A stretch of DNA of 54,980 nucleotides from positions 1 to 54,980 of the forward strand of contig CAZPSL010000213.1 in the NCBI GenBank assembly GCA_964589145.1. The letters are read 5' to 3'. This document shows positions 7,564 to 16,809 of this stretch, in pieces. Within the stretch, counting starts at the first letter, position 1. Each line of letters begins with the position of its first letter. This stretch comes from an uncultured Anaerolineales bacterium. Lineage in GTDB: Bacteria > Chloroflexota > Anaerolineae > Anaerolineales > UBA11858. The position numbers were made by a program, and so were the translations under genes. Below the pieces are notes generated by a model. The model ran no database searches. It worked only from the letters and a program-made list of their open reading frames with translations, and was not told the DNA's origin.

Positions 7564-9372
7564 ATGCAGCCCATCCTCAAACTGGACCTCACCACCGGAA
7601 CGACCGCCGCCTTCACCCCGCCCGATGCGTGGGTGCGCGCCTACCTCGGCGGCGCGTCGCTGGCGGCGCGCCTGCTCTACGAACACCTCACCCCCGGCCT
7701 CGACCCGCTCTCGCCGGAAGCCCCGCTCCTGTTTCTCACCGGCCCCCTGACGGGGACGGGCGGCCCCTCGGTGGGGCGGTTTGTGGTTTGCGGAAAATCT
7801 CCGGCCACCGGCCTGTGGGCGGAATCCAACTGCGGGGGCTTTTGGGGCCCGGAACTCCGCAAGGCGGGTTTCGACGGGCTGTGGATCACCGGACGGGCGG
7901 AATCGCCGGTGTACCTGTGTGTGGAGGCTGGCGCGGCGGAACTTCGGGATGCGCGTTCCCTCTGGGGGCTGGAAACCTACCAAACCCAGGAAGCGATTCG
8001 CTCCTCAATCAGCGGCAAAAAGCCGCGGGTGCTGACCATCGGCCCCGCAGGGGAGGTGCAAATCCCCTTTGCGCTCATCCTCACCGATCACGGACGCGTC
8101 GCCGGGCGCACCGGGCTGGGCGCGGTCATGGGGGCCAAAAATCTCAAGGCCGTCGCCGTGCGCGGGCGCGGCAAAATCCCCGTGGCAGACCCCGCCGCCT
8201 TCGCCCCCCTGCGTCTGGATGCCAACCGCACCCTGCGGGATGACAACCTGACGGCGGTGATGCGCGAACTCGGCACCGGCGGCGGAGCGGATTACTTCGA
8301 CTACCTGGGCGAGATGCCCAAGCGCTATTTTCAATCGGGCAAGTTCGCGGGTGCGGCCAGCGTCACCGGCGCAGCGATGGCGGAAAGCATCCTGACCGGC
8401 GTGAGCGCCTGCCATGCCTGCGTGATTGCCTGCGGGCGGGTGGTGACGCTGCCCGGCGAGGCCGCCCCCCGCAAAGGCCCGGAGTACGAGACGATGGTCG
8501 GCTTCGGCCCCAACCTGCTGATTGACGACCTCGCCGCCGTCACCCGCCTGGGCGAGCGCTGCGACCAACTGGGCATGGATACCATCAGCCTGAGCGGCAC
8601 CATCGGGCTTGCGGTCACGCTCTTTGAACGCGGCGTGATCACCGCGGCGGATACCGGCGGCCTGCGGCTGACCTGGGGCGACCCGGATTTGGCGCTGCAA
8701 CTGGTGGAGATGACCGCCCGGCGGGCGGGCTTCGGGGCGGAACTCGCGGCGGGTTCCCGTGCCCTGGGGCGGAAATTCGGCGTTGAGGGGGCTGCCGTTC
8801 AGGTCAACGGCCTCGAGGTGGCCTACCACGACCCGCGGGCGGCCTCCGGCATGGCGCTGACCTATGCCACCTCGCCGCGCGGCGCCTGCCACAACCAGTC
8901 CGATTACTTTATGGTGGACATTCTCGGTCAGGTGGAGCCGGAACTGGGCTTGCAGGTCTTCGACCGCCAGGCCGGGGCGGAAAAGGCGGCGAACGTGGCG
9001 CGTCACCAGAACTGGCGGACGGTTTTCAACGCCCTGGTGATGTGCATCTTCGCCAATGTGCCGCCGCAAACCGTGCTGGCACTGGTCAATGCCGCCGCGG
9101 GCGAGACCTACACCCTGGGGGATTTGCTGCAATCCGGAGAACGCGCCTGGAACCTGAAACGCCTGATCAACCGCAATCTGGGGCTGACCCGCGCCAGCGA
9201 CACGCTTCCCGAAGCCCTGCTGACACCTTACGAGGACGGCGGCTCGGCGGGGTACCGCATCCCCTTCGAGGAGATGCTCGCCGCCTACTACGCCGCCCGC
9301 GGCTGGGATTCCGGGACGGGGATGCCAACCGCGGAAAAATTGACAGAATTGGGGATTGAGCGGGCCGCGTAA
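7564..9372 (+). CDS. Aldehyde:ferredoxin oxidoreductase family (tungstopterin enzyme)
   Basis: 602-aa ORF. The N-terminal AFOR_N-like LKLDLTTG...YLGG..LAARLL is followed by GKSPATGLWAESNCGGFWG..L..AGFDGLWITG, and the large C-terminal domain has the expected length. Confidence 0.88.
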   Translation: MQPILKLDLTTGTTAAFTPPDAWVRAYLGGASLAARLLYEHLTPGLDPLSPEAPLLFLTGPLTGTGGPSVGRFVVCGKSPATGLWAESNCGGFWGPELRKAGFDGLWITGRAESPVYLCVEAGAAELRDARSLWGLETYQTQEAIRSSISGKKPRVLTIGPAGEVQIPFALILTDHGRVAGRTGLGAVMGAKNLKAVAVRGRGKIPVADPAAFAPLRLDANRTLRDDNLTAVMRELGTGGGADYFDYLGEMPKRYFQSGKFAGAASVTGAAMAESILTGVSACHACVIACGRVVTLPGEAAPRKGPEYETMVGFGPNLLIDDLAAVTRLGERCDQLGMDTISLSGTIGLAVTLFERGVITAADTGGLRLTWGDPDLALQLVEMTARRAGFGAELAAGSRALGRKFGVEGAAVQVNGLEVAYHDPRAASGMALTYATSPRGACHNQSDYFMVDILGQVEPELGLQVFDRQAGAEKAANVARHQNWRTVFNALVMCIFANVPPQTVLALVNAAAGETYTLGDLLQSGERAWNLKRLINRNLGLTRASDTLPEALLTPYEDGGSAGYRIPFEEMLAAYYAARGWDSGTGMPTAEKLTELGIERAA

Positions 9373-9399
9373 CCTCGGTACGGCCAGGGGGTGCGGAAC

Positions 9400-11421
9400 T
9401 CAGTGCAGATATTTATCCATCCAGCGGCGGATGTGCTCCAGACGGACGATGCGGCGGTCGGTGCGCCCGACGCGGGAGAGGCCGTGCGGCTCGCCGGGGA
9501 AGCGCACCATCTCGGCATCCACCTTCGCCAGCACCTTGAGAGCCACAAAGGCCTGCTCACCCTGCTCGATGGGGCAGCGGTGGTCTTCCTCGCTGTGGAT
9601 GATCAGCGTGGGTGTGGTGGCCTCAGGCAGGTATTTGAGCGGCGAGTGATTCCAGGCGGTTTCGAGGTCCTCCAATGGCGGCGGGTCTCCCACCAGGGAG
9701 GTGAAGCGCCAGTTCATATCGCTTGTCCCCCACATGCTGATGAAATTGCTCACCACCCGCTGCGCCGCGGCGGCCTTGAAACGTCCGGTGTGCCCGATTA
9801 CCCACAGGGTCATGTAGCCGCCGTAACTGCCGCCGGTCACGCCCACCCGTTCCGGGTCAACGAAGTTTCTGGTCAGCACCAAATCCGTCCAGGACATCAG
9901 GTCGGCGTAATCGGCATCGCCCCAAACCCCGTAAATGAACTTGGTGTGCGCCTCGCCGTAGCCCTGTCCGCCGCGCGGGTTGCTGAAAAAGACGACATAA
10001 CCCTGCGCCGCCAGGTAGTAGAACTCGTGCATGAAAAAGTACCCGTACTGCGCCATCGGGCCGCCGTGGATTTCCAGGATGGCGGGGTATTTGCGGGATG
10101 GATCGAAGTCCGGCGGAGTGAGAATCCAGCCCTGGAGGGGGTTGCCATCCCGCCCGTGGAACCAGATTTCCTCCACCTCGCCGAGTTCCACCGCCCGAAG
10201 CCAGGGGTTGAGCGCCGTCAAAGGCGCGGAATCTCCGCCCGAAAGGTCAAGCCGGTAAATCTGCCCGGGGTCGGTCATCGTCGCGAAGAAGTAAGCCATC
10301 CGCTCCCCGGCGCGGTCGAGGCTGAAGCGGCCCGCGGCGCCTTTGTCGGGGGTGTGAACCTGCAAATCGCCTCCGTCGCGGCGGACGGAGTGGATGCGGC
10401 TGCTGCCGTGCCGCCCCACCGGGAAGTAGATGCGCTCCCCGCCGGGCGACCAGGTCGGCGGGGTGAGTTCGCCCGCGCCGCCCACCAGGTCGGTCATCAC
10501 CCCGGAGGAGACGTTGAAGTCAAATTCGGCGGTCAGGTTGCGCGCCGGGGCGGGTTCCTCCTGGGACGGCTCGAAGGGAACGACGTACAGGCTGGTGTTC
10601 TGCCACCAGGTACGGCGCAGTTCCGTGCCGTAGTAAGCAATCCAGCGCCCGTCCGGGGAGAAACGGGGGAACATCTTCGAACCGCCGTGGGCAGGCAGTT
10701 TACGGATTTCGCCGCCCGCCGCGGGGATGAGGTAAAACTCCTCGGAGTCGTACTCGATGTCGGGGTCGGGGGCGCGGTTGGAGGTGAATAAAATCCACTT
10801 TCCATCCGGCGACCAGACGGGATCGGTCTCATCGTAGATTTCGTGGTCGGTGAGTTGGGCGGCCTCGCCGCTTTCGGCGTCTACCGTCCAGATGTGCCAG
10901 CGCTCCTGCGGCAGGAAGCCTGCCCCGTCCAGTTTGTAGTTGATGCGTTTGTAGTGCCGGGCGACGATGCCGAGTTTCTTCTTTTGCTCGTCCTGCTCGC
11001 GTTCCAGGGCTTCGGCATCCTTTTTGCGGAACTGGAGGACGAGTTTGCGCCCGTCGGGTGACCACTCAAAGGCGGCGATCTCCCCTTTCAGGTCGGTGAG
11101 CGGGCGGGCTTCGCCGCCCCCGGCGGGGATGAGGTAGATTTGGGGCTGTTTCTCGTCCCCGCGGTTGGAGATGAAGGCGATCTGCCGTCCGTCCGGCGAC
11201 CAGCGGGGGCGGCCGTCGCGCTGATCGCCATAGGTGAACTGGCGCGGTTCGCCGCCCTCGGTGGAGACGATCCACAGGTTGCTGTATTTCTTTTCGGTTT
11301 TGCGGTCGACGCGCTGCCGGGCGTAAATCACCCATTTGCCATCGGGTGAAATTTCCAGGCCGGTGAGGAGTTGGAAGTTGTACAGGTCTTCGGCGGTGAT
11401 GGTGCGCTTTTCTGGGGACAT
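9400..11421 (-). CDS. S9 family serine peptidase (acylaminoacyl-peptidase / prolyl-oligopeptidase type) with N-terminal beta-propeller
   Basis: 673-aa ORF. It has repeated WSPDG propeller motifs and the catalytic GGSYGGYMT nucleophile elbow, with downstream Asp and His. Confidence 0.88.
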   Translation of the reverse strand: MSPEKRTITAEDLYNFQLLTGLEISPDGKWVIYARQRVDRKTEKKYSNLWIVSTEGGEPRQFTYGDQRDGRPRWSPDGRQIAFISNRGDEKQPQIYLIPAGGGEARPLTDLKGEIAAFEWSPDGRKLVLQFRKKDAEALEREQDEQKKKLGIVARHYKRINYKLDGAGFLPQERWHIWTVDAESGEAAQLTDHEIYDETDPVWSPDGKWILFTSNRAPDPDIEYDSEEFYLIPAAGGEIRKLPAHGGSKMFPRFSPDGRWIAYYGTELRRTWWQNTSLYVVPFEPSQEEPAPARNLTAEFDFNVSSGVMTDLVGGAGELTPPTWSPGGERIYFPVGRHGSSRIHSVRRDGGDLQVHTPDKGAAGRFSLDRAGERMAYFFATMTDPGQIYRLDLSGGDSAPLTALNPWLRAVELGEVEEIWFHGRDGNPLQGWILTPPDFDPSRKYPAILEIHGGPMAQYGYFFMHEFYYLAAQGYVVFFSNPRGGQGYGEAHTKFIYGVWGDADYADLMSWTDLVLTRNFVDPERVGVTGGSYGGYMTLWVIGHTGRFKAAAAQRVVSNFISMWGTSDMNWRFTSLVGDPPPLEDLETAWNHSPLKYLPEATTPTLIIHSEEDHRCPIEQGEQAFVALKVLAKVDAEMVRFPGEPHGLSRVGRTDRRIVRLEHIRRWMDKYLH

Positions 11422-11451
11422 GGCTGATCCGTAAATGATCCGTGATGGTTT

Positions 11452-11484
11452 AGGACTGGCAGTCCTGGCAGGACTGCCAGTCCT
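11452..11484. repeat. 29-nt palindrome family, stand-alone copy
   Basis: aggactggcagtcctg g caggactgccagtcct is perfect. It lies between the tnaA stop (11497) and the S9 peptidase start (11421). Confidence 0.8.
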
Positions 11485-11496
11485 TGGTTGAAGGGA

Positions 11497-12873
11497 CTAA
11501 AGCGGCTCGAACTGGGCGGTGAAGTGGCGCAGGAGTTCGGGGGCGTAGGTGATGCGGTAACCGCGCAGGTCGTCCGCCCGCTCCTTGATGCGCCTGAGGG
11601 TTTTGACAATGTAATCCATGTGCGCCTGGGTGTAAACCCGCCGCGGGATCGCCAGCCGCACCAGTTCCATCCTGGGGTGGACCATCTCGCCCGTGTCGGG
11701 GTCGGGATAGGCGAAGGCGACCGAGCCGAGTTCCACGCCGCGAATGGCGCCCTCGCGGTAGAGTTCCACCGCCAGCGCCTGACCGGGGTATTCGGCGGGC
11801 GGGATGTGCGGCAGAAGCCCTCCGGCGTCAATGTAAACCGCGTGCCCGCCCGCAGGCTCAATGACGGGGATACCGGCTTCGAGCAGTTTCTCCGCCAGGT
11901 ATTCGGTCTGCCCCAGGCGGTAGGCGAGGTAGCGCTCATCCAGGCCTTCGCGCAGGCCAACCGCCATCGCGTCCAGATCGCGCCCCGCCAGCCCGCCATA
12001 GGTGGGAAAGCCCTCCCGCAAAATCAACTCGTTCTGGATGTGCTGGAACATCGCTTCGTCGTTGGTCGCCAGAAAGCCGCCGATGTTGACGATGGCATCC
12101 TTCTTGGCGCTCATCGTGGCCCCGTCAGCGAGGGCGAAAATCTCACGCACGATTTCGGGCACGGATTTGTCGGCGTAACCGGGTTCGCGCAGTTTGATGA
12201 AGTAGGCATTCTCAGCGAAGCGGCAGGCGTCAATGTAGAAGGGGATGCCGTGTTCCTTGTAGATGGCGGCAACCCCGCGCAGGTTCTCCAGCGAGACGGG
12301 CTGCCCGCCCCCGGCGTTGTTGGTGATGGTGATCATCCCGAAGGGGATGTTCTCCGCCCCGACCTCGGCGATGAAGGCCCGCAGTTTGTCAAGGTCCATA
12401 TTGCCCTTGAAGGGGTGGCGGGATTGCGGGTCGAAGGCTTCGTCAATCACCAGGTTGGTGGGGCGTCCGCCGCGGGCGCGGATGTTTCCCTCGGTGGTGT
12501 CGAAGTGCATGTTCGAGGGCACGTACTGCCCCTCTTTGAGGGCAACCGCGCAAAGGATGTTCTCCGCCGCGCGCCCCTGATGGGTGGGCACAAAAAAACG
12601 GAAGCCGAAAATCTCCTGCATGGCTTCCGTCAACCGCTGGTAGGAACGCGCCCCGGCGTAGGATTCGTCCCCTTCCATGATGGCAGCCCACTGATGCTGG
12701 CTCATCGCCCCCGTGCCGGAATCGGTGAGCAAGTCAATGTAGATTTCATCCGCCCGCAGGCCGAAGACGTTGTACCCGGCGCGGCGCAGCGCGGCCTCGC
12801 GGGCATCGCGGTCAATCCGTTGGATGGGTTCCACCATTTTGATACGAAAGGGTTCAGGGGGGTATTCAATCAT
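11497..12873 (-). CDS. tnaA: Tryptophanase (beta-eliminating PLP lyase)
   Basis: ORF trimmed to the ATG at 12873 ([16 protein letters not shown]...). Blocks closer to TnaA than to tyrosine phenol-lyase: [42 protein letters not shown] (PLP Lys), [29 protein letters not shown] and LRHFTAQF. Confidence 0.85.
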   Translation of the reverse strand: MIEYPPEPFRIKMVEPIQRIDRDAREAALRRAGYNVFGLRADEIYIDLLTDSGTGAMSQHQWAAIMEGDESYAGARSYQRLTEAMQEIFGFRFFVPTHQGRAAENILCAVALKEGQYVPSNMHFDTTEGNIRARGGRPTNLVIDEAFDPQSRHPFKGNMDLDKLRAFIAEVGAENIPFGMITITNNAGGGQPVSLENLRGVAAIYKEHGIPFYIDACRFAENAYFIKLREPGYADKSVPEIVREIFALADGATMSAKKDAIVNIGGFLATNDEAMFQHIQNELILREGFPTYGGLAGRDLDAMAVGLREGLDERYLAYRLGQTEYLAEKLLEAGIPVIEPAGGHAVYIDAGGLLPHIPPAEYPGQALAVELYREGAIRGVELGSVAFAYPDPDTGEMVHPRMELVRLAIPRRVYTQAHMDYIVKTLRRIKERADDLRGYRITYAPELLRHFTAQFEPL

Positions 12874-13167
12874 GGATGTTTCTCCGGATGGTTCGGTTGA
12901 AAAGATGGCGCGCCAGGCTCCAAGACTTCCGCTGAAACGCAGAGAAAGCCCTGGATTCATTCCAATGGACCGCGATCCGGCAATTCCGCTGCAAATTTTA
13001 CCGGGATGTTGAAAACAGCACGACAACCCTTTGACTCAACAGCATACTCTCGCTGCGTCCGCATTGAGTTCCGCAGACCGGGATGCAACGCACGTATTCT
13101 AACGCAAAGGAAGGTAAACGCAAAGGGAAGAATTGCAAGGCTTTTGCAGGCTTTCATAATAGACCGG

Positions 13168-13237
13168 CGGATGCAAGCAAAAGATGTAGAACGATGGTGT
13201 TCCCCCTACTCAATTTCTACGACATTTGCCTGCGCCC
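13168..13237. mobile_element. Minimal (about 70 bp) MITE-like element consisting of TIRs only
   Basis: cggatgcaagcaaaagatgtagaa + cgatggtgttccccctactca + atttctacgacatttgcctgcgccc. Confidence 0.7.
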
Positions 13238-13278
13238 TGGACGGCCTCCGTGTAACGAAAATCACAGACTTGTGTTGT

Positions 13279-13295
13279 AAAATATGTCATATTTT
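13279..13295. promoter_or_regulatory. AT-only palindrome AAAATATG-T-CATATTTT; candidate operator or promoter element upstream of the membrane-protein cluster
   Basis: Perfect 8-1-8 inverted repeat embedded in ttgtaaaatatgtcatatttttatgg, about 65 nt upstream of the ATG at 13360. It stands out in an otherwise GC-rich genome. Confidence 0.4.
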
Positions 13296-13359
13296 TATGG
13301 CAGTTGTAACACTCGCTGTTTTTCACAAATCCACATTCACACCTTGGAGGAGAATTACC

Positions 13360-13986
13360 ATGACCATCTTTGATCGAATCATCCTTTTGCTGACCGGCCT
13401 CGCGGCCGCGTATCTTGTCTGGCGGTTTTGGGGGCGCTACTCAAAGGAGAAAAACCGCTACGATATTTACTACATGCTGGGCTTCGTGGTGCTGCTGGTC
13501 TCCGGCGTGCTGCTGATCTTCGGCGGATGGGGACTGCTCGACTCTCCGTATGTGCTGACCGTGGCAACGCTGATCCCCCTGGGCATTTCGATGGGGCTGA
13601 TGCACCAGTTTATGCCCAAATATGCGAAAGCGTATTCCTGGTTCTCGGTGGTGGGGTTGCTCGCAATCGCCGTTACCAGCATTGGGGATATGTCATTCAA
13701 GAGCATTGCCGTGCCGCTCTTCCACGGGGTTGCGGGGTTGATCATCTTCGCCCTGCCGCTTTACCTTTGCTTCGTGACGAAAACTGCCCCCCGAGGCTTT
13801 GGCGCGGTGGGCGTGGGCGGTTTGCTGATCGGCATCGGCGGAATGGCTTTAGCCTTTTACAAGGCCGGAAAACCACTGTTCGGTATCTTCACCGGGGAAT
13901 TCATCTTGATGATCCTGGCACCGCTGTTGCTGCTGATGACTCTTGCCTACGCCTGGGGCTTTGTGAAAGATATTCAGAGCAGATAA
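13360..13986 (+). CDS. Hypothetical about-6-TM membrane protein, paralogue A
   Basis: ORF 13006..13986 trimmed to the ATG at 13360 (RBS ggaggag). It aligns along its full length with the product of 18816..19421. Shared blocks: DRI(I/L)LL(L/I)TGL(A/L)AAY, LDSP(Y/W)V, HGVAGL(I/T)IF(A/L)LPL, VG(V/I)GG.LIG(I/V)GG..LAF.KAGKP. Confidence 0.75.
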   Translation: MTIFDRIILLLTGLAAAYLVWRFWGRYSKEKNRYDIYYMLGFVVLLVSGVLLIFGGWGLLDSPYVLTVATLIPLGISMGLMHQFMPKYAKAYSWFSVVGLLAIAVTSIGDMSFKSIAVPLFHGVAGLIIFALPLYLCFVTKTAPRGFGAVGVGGLLIGIGGMALAFYKAGKPLFGIFTGEFILMILAPLLLLMTLAYAWGFVKDIQSR

Positions 13987-14052
13987 GATTCGCACCGTGC
14001 GGTAAGTGTGCCCGTACCACCACAGAAGAACTCATCAAGAATACTGCGGCAG

Positions 14053-14091
14053 GGGGTGTTTTTTGCGGGCATGACCTGCAAAAAACACCCC
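14053..14091 (+). terminator. Strong 14-bp hairpin (ggggtgttttttgc / gcaaaaaacacccc) between the first two membrane genes
   Basis: Perfect inverted repeat whose arms contain the U/A run themselves. It could act as a bidirectional terminator or attenuator. Confidence 0.5.
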
Positions 14092-14158
14092 GTTGCTGAC
14101 TTTCGGGCAGGTTCTTGGGCCTTTGTTCCCGCCTTACCATAACGGAGGAATATCCAAA

Positions 14159-15013
14159 ATGAAGAATTCGCGTACCATCATGATCGTTATTGCCGTCCTG
14201 GTAGGCCTGATGTTGGTTTTCATGGCATCCGGTATGATTGACGCTACGCAAGACAAGTTACTGAACAAAATGACCGAAGGCGCCACAATCGAGATGGGGG
14301 CGGTTCCCTCGTTGCGTATGTACGTCAGTTCAACCTGGCGTGGTGTTGAGGTAGTTGCCGGAATTGTGCTGCTCGTTACCGCTTATGCACTCTACCTTGA
14401 TAAAAAGTGGGCGTTTCCGGTTGCTATGACCAGTTTTGCTGCATTGCCGATTGGCAGTTTCTACATCAGCCTGGCCTATATGGTGAAGACCCGTGCTTAT
14501 GCACCCGCCTTCACCACCTTTACTGTCGGCTTGCTGGCCTTTTGGGCATTCATCTTTCTGGAGAAGAAAGGGAAGGAAGCATGGACCTTGTTCGTTCCCC
14601 TGACGCTAATGGGAATGATCGGTACGCAGGCTTTCTCGTTTGCCGAACACGGGCTGCGCGGGCTGTTGCCCGATAAAACTGCATCACTCATCAACCCGGC
14701 AGTTGCAATTTTGCGTTATTCCGGGCCAATTATGGCAATCACCGTTTTCCTGCTTTTTGTCGCCATTTACCAACTGGCGGCAGGCAAGGAGGCAGGCTGG
14801 TGGGTGGCTCTGGTGGCCGGTCTCAGCATGGCTGTTGGCGCATTCCCAGTTCACTTTGCCCGCCCTAAGGCATCAATGGCTTTGCCGGGCACTGCGGAGC
14901 CGTCTATCTTCACATCCACGTACTTCCTTGGCGGTATGCTGGGCGTGCTTCTGGTAGTTGTCCTTTTGATTCCTTTCTTCAAGAATCAACTTATGGACAC
15001 AGGCACGGAGTGA
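14159..15013 (+). CDS. Hypothetical multi-pass membrane protein (284 aa)
   Basis: ORF 14093..15013 trimmed to the ATG at 14159 (RBS ggagg). Roughly 8 hydrophobic segments. No family recognised. Confidence 0.7.
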   Translation: MKNSRTIMIVIAVLVGLMLVFMASGMIDATQDKLLNKMTEGATIEMGAVPSLRMYVSSTWRGVEVVAGIVLLVTAYALYLDKKWAFPVAMTSFAALPIGSFYISLAYMVKTRAYAPAFTTFTVGLLAFWAFIFLEKKGKEAWTLFVPLTLMGMIGTQAFSFAEHGLRGLLPDKTASLINPAVAILRYSGPIMAITVFLLFVAIYQLAAGKEAGWWVALVAGLSMAVGAFPVHFARPKASMALPGTAEPSIFTSTYFLGGMLGVLLVVVLLIPFFKNQLMDTGTE

Positions 15014-15020
15014 TTTACTC

Positions 15021-15104
15021 GGGTGCAGGCAAAAATGCAGAAACCGGGCAGCCATCTGAGCGGATGGGGGAAACGCAAATACTCTGCAACATTTGCCCGC
15101 CTCC
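15021..15104. mobile_element. Short (84 bp) MITE-like element with 7/8-matching 8-bp flanking duplication
   Basis: Ends are gggtgcaggcaaaaatgcagaaa ... ctctgcaacatttgcccgcctcc. The flanks are atttactc (15013-15020, overlapping the TGA of the upstream gene) and atttgctc (15105-15112). Confidence 0.7.
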
Positions 15105-15267
15105 ATTTGCTCTTTAATAAAGACAATTTATCTGCGCTGTGTTATCTTTCCTTTTACAATGGAAGTGATGACAATTGGCTCGGAGCGAGTTGTGCTTTCC
15201 GCAGATTGGGAACAGGCAAGACCCCAATCCGCCAGTTGATAACATAATTTTTTAGGAGCAGTTACCT

Positions 15268-16809
15268 ATGCAATCTCTATCCAAACGTCTCGATTATCTC
15301 TTTCGCTCCACCCGAGGCCTGACGCTGATGGCTATCGCCGCGGTCGCCATCGTGACGGCACTCTGGGGCACGCTCTCCGGTCCGATGGTTGAGTGGGGGG
15401 TCCGGGACATCACCGTCAACCTGTTACATATGGACCTGATCCAGGCGGAGCGCGAGGGGCGCGTGATTATGCTCTACCACACCATTGCCATGACCATCAT
15501 CGCAATTGAAGTGTACTTCATCACCGAAATTGTCCCGATGAAACGCAACGAGCAGGTGATGATCAACGGCACCATTACGGTAGGGTACCTGACTGCGCTC
15601 ATCTTCGGCCTGTTGTTTGCCTATTTTGGGCACAACTTCACCTTTCACGGCTTGTTCCTTGTGGGGCAGTCGCTGATCTACTTTTCAGGCCTTTTGTTGA
15701 TGGCGGCGCTCTGGCCGTGGAAAAAAGAGTACCGCCTGCCGCCGGATTCGCCATATGCCCATCTCAAGAACGGTATTGATATGGAGCGGGCAGCGTTCTT
15801 TGTAATGGCAGGCGCTACGCTGCTTTCGGCCATGTGGGGCGCAGTGACCGGCTCATTCTGGTCTAATGGGCATGAAACCTTTCTGGCAGAAGACCTGATC
15901 CGCATTCCGCACAAAACCGCGCTGGAACACGCCATCATCGGGCATCTCCACATCATGCTCTCACTGGTGGCTGTAGGGATCACCCTGATCGTCGGCAAAT
16001 GGCTGGATTTCAAAGGCAAACTGCACTTCTGGGCAATGGTCTCGATGATTTTCGGCTCAATTGTGCTGACCGCCGGTGCACTTTCTATTGTCTGGCTGGA
16101 ATGGGCACATACCATCATCTACGTGGGTGCCGTCTTTGTGATGATGGCAGCCCTGCTTTATGTGATTTACTCGTGGGACAAACTGATCCACGACCGGCTC
16201 GCGGAACAGGGCATCGAAAAGGCCAATTTCTTCCAGAAAATCGCCGCTTTGCTGCACGATCCGCTCAAGTTCGGCTCCGGCTGGCAGATGGTCTTTATGA
16301 ACTTTACGGTCAGCGGTGTAGGGATTTTCATGGCAATCAAACTGGAAGACATCTTCCGGGTTTGGACACAGCGTGAGGAACGCATCACCCTGACCGGGCA
16401 CTGGCATATTCTGGCAGCCCTGATCGCCACCATCATCCTGCTCTACTACCTGGATTTGTCCGGCGTCAAGGGGAAAGCCCGCCAGTTCGCAGGTTGGGTC
16501 ATTATCATCGGGTCCGACATCGCCTTTGCCGGTGCAACCCTTTTCTCCATGAAACGGCTCTTTGTAGACGATGTACACCAGCAGCCGGTTGTGAGTACCA
16601 CAATGTTGATGATCGACATCGGGCTGGGAGTCGTCCTGGTGGCGCTGGCAATCTTCATGCTCTGGCGTCTGATCGACCTCTTCAAGGGAGATGGCGTCTG
16701 GAGCCGGGAATTCGACAACGAACGAGAAACCGTTGCAAAGCGGGAACTGGAGGAGCAAAAGCGCAGACTGAAAGAACTCCAGGAAACCTTGAAGGAGGTG
16801 TCCGAATGA
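15268..16809 (+). CDS. Hypothetical 12-TM membrane protein with periodic His/HxH motifs and a C-terminal coiled-coil tail
   Basis: 513-aa ORF with about 12 hydrophobic helices. Three related motifs: EREGRVIMLYH(71)T, LEHAIIGH(226)LH(228)IM and REERITLTGH(378)WH(380)IL, spaced about 152-155 residues apart. Tail: ERETVAKRELEEQKRRLKELQETLKEVSE. Confidence 0.75.
   Translation: MQSLSKRLDYLFRSTRGLTLMAIAAVAIVTALWGTLSGPMVEWGVRDITVNLLHMDLIQAEREGRVIMLYHTIAMTIIAIEVYFITEIVPMKRNEQVMINGTITVGYLTALIFGLLFAYFGHNFTFHGLFLVGQSLIYFSGLLLMAALWPWKKEYRLPPDSPYAHLKNGIDMERAAFFVMAGATLLSAMWGAVTGSFWSNGHETFLAEDLIRIPHKTALEHAIIGHLHIMLSLVAVGITLIVGKWLDFKGKLHFWAMVSMIFGSIVLTAGALSIVWLEWAHTIIYVGAVFVMMAALLYVIYSWDKLIHDRLAEQGIEKANFFQKIAALLHDPLKFGSGWQMVFMNFTVSGVGIFMAIKLEDIFRVWTQREERITLTGHWHILAALIATIILLYYLDLSGVKGKARQFAGWVIIIGSDIAFAGATLFSMKRLFVDDVHQQPVVSTTMLMIDIGLGVVLVALAIFMLWRLIDLFKGDGVWSREFDNERETVAKRELEEQKRRLKELQETLKEVSE

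Noticed and set aside
8005-12900. Long antisense ORFs 8005..9132, 9391..10791 and 11488..12900
   Set aside because: They lie opposite the AOR, S9 peptidase and tnaA genes respectively. They are shadow frames of high-GC coding DNA.
12874-13157. tnaC-like leader peptide upstream of tnaA (for example minus-strand ORF 12957..13157)
   Set aside because: The 66-aa ORF has no Trp codon and no similarity to TnaC-type arrest peptides. It is probably non-coding.
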